Of a DNA stretch of 64,000 bases, positions 56,360-64,000 are shown in pieces. The stretch is from Candidatus Pacebacteria bacterium CG2_30_36_39 (GTDB lineage: Bacteria > Patescibacteriota > Microgenomatia > UBA1400 > PJMF01). Under the pieces are notes generated by a model. That model had not been told where the DNA came from, ran no database searches, and saw nothing but the letters and a program-made list of their open reading frames with translations. The first letter of the stretch is position 1. Every line of letters begins with the position of its first letter. The stretch is taken from the NCBI GenBank assembly GCA_001873435.1, contig MNZB01000002.1:129620-193619 (forward strand), given 5' to 3'. A program made the translations under genes and the position numbers.

Positions 56360-58084
56360 ATGCAATTATTTAAAAATACCGTTATTTCTTGGTTCTTAAA
56401 AAATAAATATTTATTTTTTGTTTTTGTTTTGGGAGTATTCTTGAGGTTTTACAATCTGGGAAATATGCCCATAGCTACTCATTTGGATGAGATTATGAAT
56501 GGTTATGTCGGAAAATTTACTATTCTTAATGGTGTTGATTTGTATGGTAATAAATGGCCAATTTTTTATTTTAATAATTTTGGTGATTACCCAAATATTA
56601 TGCCGATGTATTTATCTGGTTTATCGGCAATTATTTTTGGTAATACTGAGTTTGCAATTAGATTTCCTATTGCTCTCTTTGGTGGTTTGACAATTTTATT
56701 AATTTATTTTTTAACTAAATATTTATTTAATGATAATAAAATTGCTCTTTTTAGCAGTCTAACTATAGCAATTATGCCTTGGCATATTGTTCTTTCTAGG
56801 GCAACGGCTGAGGGGGTAACTGCGAGTTTTATATTTTTGTTGGCTATATATCTATTAATTAAGGATCAAGTTAAAAAGATTTCAATTACAACTATGATTT
56901 CGTTGTTTTTATTGCTTTTTACTTATTTGCTTTATCCTTCATTTAGAATTATTACGCCGCTGGCTGTTGTGCCGCTTTTTCTTTTAACTCAGCAAAGAGC
57001 CAAAAAAATATTATTTATTGTTTTTGCCTTATTATCACTTGGTGTAACTGTATATATCAGTCAATTGCCAGCTGGTAAGGGTCGTTTCGAGCAAACTAGT
57101 ATTATTAGCCAGAATAGTCCGATTCTTCCTTATCAAAGCGAGTTTATTAGTGGTGAGGGATTTGATAATGCTTTTAAAGCTAGATTGCTATTCAATAAGC
57201 CGGTGATGTTTGGTAGGGAATTTCTTAAGCAATATACTTCATATTTTTCTACAAGCTTTCTTTTTAGTGAGGGTGGATTGCCAAAGAGGTATTTTGTTCC
57301 AGACCAGGGAGTTTGGTACTATTCTTATTTGGGTATTTTTATTTTGTTCGTTGGTTTATTAATAATATTTCCTGATAGATTATCCAAATTTTATGAAAGT
57401 ATTTTGGTTAATAAGCAAAATAAGGCGAATGTTGTCTATTTAATTTATTTAACTTTGGTTTCTTTGGTTCCAGCTGCTATGACCTATGAAGATTCTCCCA
57501 ATGTTCATCGAGCTAGTTTGTTTCCGTTGTTTTTAAGTATTTGGAGTGGTTTATTTTTTATATTTCTAAGTAAGATTAGATATCGTAAATTTAGTTATCT
57601 TGCTTTTATTTTATTTGTTTCTATTTTTTTAGAGGCAATGTTTTTTTGGAATAAGTATCTTGTTCATGCAAATAAATATCAGGAGATTTATCGCAATGGT
57701 GCTTCTAAGAATCTAGTGGAATATTTGAATTCTCATAAAAATAGTTATGACCATATTTATGTTTCTGGTAGAAATGATATTCCTCTTTACTATCCTTTTT
57801 TCAACAATATTTATGATAGGGAGTTGAGTAATAGATTTGAGTTGGGTATGAGGTTGAAGGAGATTGATAATATTAGATTAACTGATGATGATTGTTTTGC
57901 TGATTTTTTTAGAGAAATTGAGAGTGTTAATACCTCTGATTTATATATAATGGGTTCTAATTGTATAATTGATTATGAGCAGTTGATTAAAAAGAGTTTA
58001 GAGTTGACTAAAAAAGATATTATTTATACTAAACAGGGTAATGAGGAATTAGCTACTTTTACTCTGGAGGCTATTAGTAAATAG
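56360..58084 (+). CDS. GT-C glycosyltransferase, 'DE...FGD' family
   Basis: FLRFYNL..HLDE..NGY...G.DLYG..WP...FGDYP, IRFP, PWH..LSRA..E. Confidence 0.85.
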   Translation: MQLFKNTVISWFLKNKYLFFVFVLGVFLRFYNLGNMPIATHLDEIMNGYVGKFTILNGVDLYGNKWPIFYFNNFGDYPNIMPMYLSGLSAIIFGNTEFAIRFPIALFGGLTILLIYFLTKYLFNDNKIALFSSLTIAIMPWHIVLSRATAEGVTASFIFLLAIYLLIKDQVKKISITTMISLFLLLFTYLLYPSFRIITPLAVVPLFLLTQQRAKKILFIVFALLSLGVTVYISQLPAGKGRFEQTSIISQNSPILPYQSEFISGEGFDNAFKARLLFNKPVMFGREFLKQYTSYFSTSFLFSEGGLPKRYFVPDQGVWYYSYLGIFILFVGLLIIFPDRLSKFYESILVNKQNKANVVYLIYLTLVSLVPAAMTYEDSPNVHRASLFPLFLSIWSGLFFIFLSKIRYRKFSYLAFILFVSIFLEAMFFWNKYLVHANKYQEIYRNGASKNLVEYLNSHKNSYDHIYVSGRNDIPLYYPFFNNIYDRELSNRFELGMRLKEIDNIRLTDDDCFADFFREIESVNTSDLYIMGSNCIIDYEQLIKKSLELTKKDIIYTKQGNEELATFTLEAISK

Positions 58085-58095
58085 AAGGGTTTGAT

Positions 58096-59019
58096 ATGAA
58101 GATTTTAGTTACTGGTGGAGCAGGTTTTATTGCTTCTCACATTACTGATGCCTTTATTGAGGCTGGGCATGAGGTTGTGGTGGTTGATAATCTTTCTACT
58201 GGTAAGGAGCAATATGTGAATGCTCAGGCTAAGTTTGTTAAAGCAGATATTACTGATAAGGAGACGATTCAAAGAATTATTATGGATGAGAAGCCTGAGG
58301 TTTTAGATCTTCATGCTGCTCATATTCAAGTTGGTTATTCAGTGGTTAATCCTCAGTTTGATGCGGAGAACAATATTATTGCTCTTCTCAATATTATGGA
58401 GGCTGCTAAGGAGGTTAAGACGGTTAGGAAAGTGATCTTTGCTGCTACTGGAGGGGCTATGTATGGTAATAAGCAGACTCCTTTTGATGAGACGATGAAG
58501 GAACAGCCTCTTTCTCCTTATGGTATTAGTAAGAGGGCTGGGGAGTTATATCTCAATTATTATTACGAGCTTTATGGTATTCCCTTTGTTTCTCTGAGGT
58601 ATTCTAATGTTTATGGTCCTAGGCAGAATGCTCATGGTGAGTCTGGAGTAGTAGCTATTTTTGCTGAGATGTTGATGCAGGGTAAGGTTCCTGTGATTAA
58701 TGGGGATGGTTCTCATACGAGGGATTATGTGTATGTGGAGGATGTGGTTAAAGCCAATTTATTAGCTTTAAACACAGAGTTTGTGGGTGAACTTAATATT
58801 GGGACTGAGACTGAGGTTAGTACTAATGAGGTGTTTGAGGTGGTGACTAGGGAGTTGGGTTTGAGTGTTGAGAAGCAGTATGGTGCTCCTAGACCTGGTG
58901 AGCAGGTGACTAGTAGTCTTAGTTATGCTAAGGCTAAGGAGATTCTTGGTTGGGTGCCTAGTGTTGGTTTTGAGGAGGGTGTGAGGAGAGTGGCAGAGTG
59001 GTATAAGGGAGAAAAGTAA
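58096..59019 (+). CDS. NAD-dependent epimerase (UDP-glucose 4-epimerase-like)
   Basis: VTGGAGFIASH, VDNLSTG, SPYGISK, RYSNVYGPRQ...GESGVV, TRDYVYVEDV. Confidence 0.9.
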   Translation: MKILVTGGAGFIASHITDAFIEAGHEVVVVDNLSTGKEQYVNAQAKFVKADITDKETIQRIIMDEKPEVLDLHAAHIQVGYSVVNPQFDAENNIIALLNIMEAAKEVKTVRKVIFAATGGAMYGNKQTPFDETMKEQPLSPYGISKRAGELYLNYYYELYGIPFVSLRYSNVYGPRQNAHGESGVVAIFAEMLMQGKVPVINGDGSHTRDYVYVEDVVKANLLALNTEFVGELNIGTETEVSTNEVFEVVTRELGLSVEKQYGAPRPGEQVTSSLSYAKAKEILGWVPSVGFEEGVRRVAEWYKGEK

Positions 59020-59031
59020 ATAGTACAAAAT

Positions 59032-60681
59032 ATGTATTTAAACAGCAATCCTTGGATTTTTGGAGACGAGTACATTTACATAAGTAAAGCCAGAAATTTA
59101 AAATTTGGAATAGACGTTTTAGCAGATACAACAATAGGACATAGTTATCCTCCCCTATATTCATACCTACTATCTCTCGTTATTGGAAATGATCCAGTTT
59201 CTACTTATAGAAATATACAAATATTAAATTTTTTTTCCTCTCAATTTATTTTATTAATTTCTTTTTACTTTTTAAATAAAACTTATGATTTCACCAAACA
59301 AAAAAATGGTTTTGTTTATTTAATCTTTTCATATTTTGGAATAGCAAGTTTATCTACTATTTTAGGTTACAACTTTGTAGCAATGAGTGAAAACCTATTC
59401 ATACCATTAGTATTTTTAATATTTTCTTTAACTAATTATTTATTAAGTAAAAATAAAATTAACTATAAATTACTTTTTTCAATTGCTCTTTTAATATCTT
59501 GTTCCATTTTAACCAGAACTATCGGTATTATACTAATTCCTGTTTTCCTACTATCAATGTTGCCAAGTTTTATAAAATCTAAGAATACAAAAAAAATATT
59601 TTTAGATTCTGTATTATTTCTATTTTTTTCAATCATTCCATATTTAATTTTTAAAAAAGTAGAAAATTTATTTACCCCTAGCACCATTCAGGAGATTTCT
59701 GGTGATTATGATTCTTTGTTTAAAGCTTATGTTGGAGTAATAAAAGATTTTTTTCTTGGTAAAAATAATTTTTTTATTTCATTAAAAGTCATTGGGAATC
59801 ACATTATTTACTTATTTTTTTCAACCTTCTTTTTACCTTTTTTATTTATAATTAATGATTTTGTCGAATTTGTTAAAAGCAAAAAGATAAAAGGTGAATT
59901 AATTTTTGTTTTAACATCTTCTTTGCTGTTTTTTATACCTTCATACTTACACGATTATTTAGGATTTTTCAGAAATGAAATAAAATATTCTACATATTTT
60001 AGGTATGCTGATGCTAGTATCATTATTATGATTGCATATTCATTAATTAGACTTTTTGAAGTGACAAAAAATAAACTTAAGATATATAAAAATAGCTATT
60101 TTTTATATTTTTTTATATCAATGATTTTAACTTTATTTTTACCAGTTAGAGATTTTTATGTAACTATTAATTCCCTTGGTTGGACTTGGCTAGATATATT
60201 TAAGCAAAATGCTCTAATAATTAAAATTATATCTCTACTTTTATTATCTATTTTTTTATTTTTTATAAAATATAAAAAATACAATTTGTTCTTACTTTCA
60301 ATAATTATTTTAAATTTGTTTTCTATTTTTCCGATACTTAAAATGAATACATGGTTATCAACAAATAAAGAAAACTTGGCACTTGAACATACAATTTCAA
60401 ATATTTTAAGTAATAATAAAAAGATTCCTTTTTATATAGATAAAAACAATACAAAAGATGATAGTTTTGTGGGACCAATTTATTATGGAAAGTATTTCCT
60501 ATTATTTAATAGCAATGAAAAAATTCCAATAAAACCAATAAATATTAAAGAATTAAATGGTAAAAAACAATTTGTTTTTTTGGGAAAATCTAAAGATGAT
60601 ATTTTTAACATATATAATTTTAACGAAGTTATATCTATATCTGAAAATTTAAAAATTGGTATTATTTATGAGAATAAATGA
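59032..60681 (+). CDS. GT-C membrane glycosyltransferase
   Basis: FGDEYIY, YPPLYS, MSENLF, LTR..G; very AT-rich. Confidence 0.78.
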   Translation: MYLNSNPWIFGDEYIYISKARNLKFGIDVLADTTIGHSYPPLYSYLLSLVIGNDPVSTYRNIQILNFFSSQFILLISFYFLNKTYDFTKQKNGFVYLIFSYFGIASLSTILGYNFVAMSENLFIPLVFLIFSLTNYLLSKNKINYKLLFSIALLISCSILTRTIGIILIPVFLLSMLPSFIKSKNTKKIFLDSVLFLFFSIIPYLIFKKVENLFTPSTIQEISGDYDSLFKAYVGVIKDFFLGKNNFFISLKVIGNHIIYLFFSTFFLPFLFIINDFVEFVKSKKIKGELIFVLTSSLLFFIPSYLHDYLGFFRNEIKYSTYFRYADASIIIMIAYSLIRLFEVTKNKLKIYKNSYFLYFFISMILTLFLPVRDFYVTINSLGWTWLDIFKQNALIIKIISLLLLSIFLFFIKYKKYNLFLLSIIILNLFSIFPILKMNTWLSTNKENLALEHTISNILSNNKKIPFYIDKNNTKDDSFVGPIYYGKYFLLFNSNEKIPIKPINIKELNGKKQFVFLGKSKDDIFNIYNFNEVISISENLKIGIIYENK

Positions 60682-61261
60682 TAAAGAAATTACAATTGAT
60701 ATTTTTGTTTATATTGGTTTAGTTTCATTTATATCTTATTTTATTTCTAATAGCATTATTTTTATTTTAAACTATTTTTTAGTAGAAAAGTATTTTTTAG
60801 TTAATAAAATTACTACTAATCAAAAAACAATTATAATTATATTTATTTTGTTAATAATAAGCTTTATTTTTAACAAAATAAATATTTACAAACTAAAGGT
60901 AAAAACTCAACTAATGATACTTTTAATAGTATCTTTTTTAACACTAGGTTCTTCTTTTTATTTATCTAGAATTACTAGTTATTGGAAAGAAATACCAAAA
61001 ATACATTTAATAAAACCAAAATCTGGGATGCAAGGAACAATTATAACTTTATATGGTAATAATTTTGGAGAAGAATTCGAAAAGGGTACAGTGCTTCTTG
61101 GTAATGAGGAGTTAGTTATTAAATATTGGTCTAATACTAAAATTAAGGTCGAGCAACCAGTCCCGAATAATTTTGGAAAAAAGGAATTAAAAATAATAAA
61201 AATAAACAAAAAATTATCTGATCCAATAGAATATACCGTAATAAATCCATCTAAACTTTAA
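60668..61261 (+). CDS. Membrane protein with C-terminal IPT/TIG-like domain
   Basis: Three TM segments, then PKI..IKP.SG..GT.ITLYGNNFG...WSNTKIKV..P. Confidence 0.72.
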   Translation: MRINDKEITIDIFVYIGLVSFISYFISNSIIFILNYFLVEKYFLVNKITTNQKTIIIIFILLIISFIFNKINIYKLKVKTQLMILLIVSFLTLGSSFYLSRITSYWKEIPKIHLIKPKSGMQGTIITLYGNNFGEEFEKGTVLLGNEELVIKYWSNTKIKVEQPVPNNFGKKELKIIKINKKLSDPIEYTVINPSKL

Positions 61262-61262
61262 T

Positions 61263-61808
61263 ATGTTAGTAATATCAACCATTTTTTTACATTTATTATT
61301 ATTTATCTTAAAAAAAATCAAGTTTGACTTTGGAGTTGATGTTAATTTTAGACTTTTTGTATTTTTTGAGTTGTTTTTGTTGACATTTTTTATGATAAAA
61401 AGCTTTTTTTATATTAAAAAAAATAAATTAAATGTTAGTTTGAGCAATAATTTTGTTTTTAATTCATATTTATTTAAACTTTTCAACAACAAGACTACGA
61501 GGTATATTTTAATTCCTTCTACATTATTTACATTAGCGATATTTTTTAGTTTAGCATCAAACTATGGATTCCATATGTTTTTATCTTATTTGTCACCATT
61601 TTTTTTATATGTTTTTTTTATTATTTTTGAAAAAAAAATTAAAAATGATAAAAGTTTGATTTTTTTTCTATTTATTTTTTATTTAATATTTGATACTCAA
61701 GAAAACAGTTTTTTAAAAAAAGTTAGCTTAATTTTATTATCAACAATCATTGCAACGGTTTTTGTAAAAGAAATAAAAAAATTATTAGTTTCTCGCAAAA
61801 ATTTCTAA
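61263..61808 (+). CDS. Hypothetical membrane protein
   Basis: 181-aa hydrophobic ORF starting 1 nt after the previous stop; extremely AT-rich. Confidence 0.55.
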   Translation: MLVISTIFLHLLLFILKKIKFDFGVDVNFRLFVFFELFLLTFFMIKSFFYIKKNKLNVSLSNNFVFNSYLFKLFNNKTTRYILIPSTLFTLAIFFSLASNYGFHMFLSYLSPFFLYVFFIIFEKKIKNDKSLIFFLFIFYLIFDTQENSFLKKVSLILLSTIIATVFVKEIKKLLVSRKNF

Positions 61809-62969
61809 TATATTTTGTGAATATTTTTCCCAACTTAATTCCTTAAAAACAGTATCTCTCGCATTTTTTGAAATTTTTTCATACATTTTTTTATTGTTTA
61901 GTAAATAATTTATGTTTTTTACCAAAGAGCTAACTGATTTGGCTTCAAAAATAAAACCATTTTCTTTATTTTTTATTATCTCAGAAACTCCAGCGTCAGA
62001 AGAAATAACTGCTGGTTTACCATACGACATAGCTTCAACTGGAGCCAATCCCCATGTTTGTTTTACAGCAGGAAAAACAAAAATATAAGAGATTTCGTAA
62101 AGGGCAGCCAGTTCATCTTCAGATAAAGAACCAGTAAAAATAATTCTTTCTGATAAGTTTAGTTTTTTAATTAATTTTTTTAAATTATTTAACTCACTTC
62201 CAGAACCACCAATAATTCCTATAACATTTTTATTTTTTAATTTAAGGAAAGATCTTATAAAGTCGTCTATTCTTTTTAAAGGTTCTAATTTGCTAACAGT
62301 AAGTATTACCTTTTTATTTTTTAATTTATACCGATCTATAATCTTATTCTTAATTTCTTTATCTACTTCTTTTTTTTCGAAACCAGTGTGAACAACAATA
62401 GAATCTCTATTGAATGTATCTTTAACAATTTTTTTATTTTTTCTATCCAAAACTATTATATTATCAACTGATTCTACTATTTTTCTTTCTGTATATAGAT
62501 AAATAAGTTTTATTGGATAAAAAAATAACTTATTAAGTTTCCACCAATTTCTCAAAGGAAATCTATGCCAAGGGCTAAGTTCATTAAACATCCAAAAAAT
62601 TTTAGCTTTAGTATTTATTTTTTTATATAAAAAAGCAGAAAAATAAGATGGTGGATTATGACAATTTATTATTAAGTGACCTTTTTTCATTTTTTTGTAT
62701 ATTTTGTAAAAAAAGAAAGGAAAAAAAACTGACAAGTATTTTTGTTTAAGAAAAATACTACTATGGTCAGAAACAGAAACAATATTTTTTTTAAGTTTTT
62801 TAACTAAGTTAGGATAACAATTTTTTTCATCATAAAAATATGTGTATAAAGTTACATTATGACCTTTTTTAATAAGTTCATCCAGTAAATTAAGTATTTG
62901 TCTTTCTGCCCCACCATACATATCCAATAATGGATGTACTAAAGCTATATTAAGTTTGTTTTTTTTCAT
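61785..62969 (-). CDS. GT4 glycosyltransferase
   Basis: GGAER, VSKL...KR, FTG, QTWGLAPVEAMSYGKP, SW. Confidence 0.9.
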   Translation of the reverse strand: MKKNKLNIALVHPLLDMYGGAERQILNLLDELIKKGHNVTLYTYFYDEKNCYPNLVKKLKKNIVSVSDHSSIFLKQKYLSVFFPFFFYKIYKKMKKGHLIINCHNPPSYFSAFLYKKINTKAKIFWMFNELSPWHRFPLRNWWKLNKLFFYPIKLIYLYTERKIVESVDNIIVLDRKNKKIVKDTFNRDSIVVHTGFEKKEVDKEIKNKIIDRYKLKNKKVILTVSKLEPLKRIDDFIRSFLKLKNKNVIGIIGGSGSELNNLKKLIKKLNLSERIIFTGSLSEDELAALYEISYIFVFPAVKQTWGLAPVEAMSYGKPAVISSDAGVSEIIKNKENGFIFEAKSVSSLVKNINYLLNNKKMYEKISKNARDTVFKELSWEKYSQNILEIFARN

Positions 62970-63006
62970 AAGTTACTATTCTTTGACAAGATGCTAATAT
63001 ATTAAA

Positions 63007-64000
63007 GTGAAAGAAACAAGTCTAAAAAAAGGCACTATTTTTTTATTTATATCTCAAATTTTTTCTATATTAACAGCTTATTTATTAAACTTTTATTTAG
63101 TTAGGCTCGTTTCTCCAAAGGAATATGGAGATTATTCAATAATAGTATATATTCTTTCCCTAATAGCCCTAATACTGTCATCTACTATCCCTCAGGCTTC
63201 TTCCAAGCTTGTCTCTGAGCATGGTATTGATTTAAGAAAAATAATTTCTGAAAGTTTTAGACTACAATCAATTCTTGTAGTGTTGATAACAATAGTTTAT
63301 ACAGCCTTGATTCCTCAAATAGGCTTTATACTCAACGATTCTTCTTTAAAAGAGTATATGTATAGTTCTTTAGTAATGATACCAGTCTATGGCTATTATA
63401 TTCTATTTTCTAGAATAGAGAATGGAAAAGGAAATTATTTATCACAATCGTTAATGGATGGTTTGGTTAATTTTGCTAAATTATCTTTAATTTTTATTAT
63501 ATTTTTATTATTTGGGAAAAATACCAACAATGCAATAATTGGTTTTTCTATATCACCAATTATTTCTATGGTTCTTGGTTTTATTTTAATTAAGCCAATT
63601 TTAAAAAAGGAAAATGAATATACTAAAGATTTTTTACTATTTTCGATACCATTTTTTTTGTTTTCTGTTTTAACAAATTTTTCAATCAAAAGTGGTTTGT
63701 TTATAATAAAATATTTTAACTTTAGTGGAGATAGTGTTGGATATTTTGCTGCCTACTCTACATTGTCTCAAATATTAGGTTTTTTCCCCACAGCACTTGG
63801 TTTGGCACTATTTCCAAAAGTGTCAAAAACATATTCATATAGACATCTAGATGGGCTTAAAAAAGTACTTAATAAATCAATAATCCTTGTATTTCTAATT
63901 ACAATAACTCCATCATTATTTTTGATAATTTTTAAAGAAAAAATAGTATCTTTTCTTTTTTCTGTGCAATATTTAGAAGAAATTAGTATTTTTAATTCTC
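63007..64000 (+). CDS. Wzx-type flippase, runs off the window end (absent from ORF track)
   Basis: GTG 63007: MKETSLKKGTIFLFISQIFS...RLVSPKEYGDYS..., later VGYFAA...LFPKVS; hydrophobic throughout. Confidence 0.82.
   Translation, partial: MKETSLKKGTIFLFISQIFSILTAYLLNFYLVRLVSPKEYGDYSIIVYILSLIALILSSTIPQASSKLVSEHGIDLRKIISESFRLQSILVVLITIVYTALIPQIGFILNDSSLKEYMYSSLVMIPVYGYYILFSRIENGKGNYLSQSLMDGLVNFAKLSLIFIIFLLFGKNTNNAIIGFSISPIISMVLGFILIKPILKKENEYTKDFLLFSIPFFLFSVLTNFSIKSGLFIIKYFNFSGDSVGYFAAYSTLSQILGFFPTALGLALFPKVSKTYSYRHLDGLKKVLNKSIILVFLITITPSLFLIIFKEKIVSFLFSVQYLEEISIFNS

Noticed and set aside
4276-63689. Many short ORF-track entries overlapping longer genes (e.g. 4276, 11800, 32024, 42969, 53505, 55574, 63435)
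   Set aside because: They are antisense or out-of-frame shadows of well-supported genes, with no motifs or signals.

Overview
AT-rich, densely coding bacterial DNA. The gene content, scarcity of Shine-Dalgarno sites and -10 boxes placed directly before start codons suggest a Patescibacteria/CPR (Microgenomates-like) genome; this taxonomy is inference. About 45 kb is one surface-glycosylation locus: 16 GT-C-fold membrane glycosyltransferases (7 of one 'DE...FGDxK' family, 3 YfhO/PTPS-related, plus PIG-V-like and MptA/B-like members), 2 polyprenol-phosphate-sugar synthases, several GT2/GT4 enzymes, 2 Wzx flippases, an LCP protein, gmd/rmd/ugd/rfbB/rfbD/galE-like genes and an LPxTG, Pro/Thr/Ser-rich surface protein. 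Housekeeping genes (cca, recJ, prmC, trmD, argS, tRNA-Gln) are interspersed. The most novel signal is a pair of unrelated high-GC orphan ORFs (44387-45460 + and 55518-56111 -) with the same non-coding architecture: own sigma70 promoter, 5' hairpin, an rrn boxA-like CTTTAACA motif, and two nested long-range helices pairing the 5' leader with the 3' trailer around the whole ORF, as in a pre-rRNA. Also notable is a convergent sensorless kinase/OmpR pair driven by two identical 22-bp tandem-repeat promoters.
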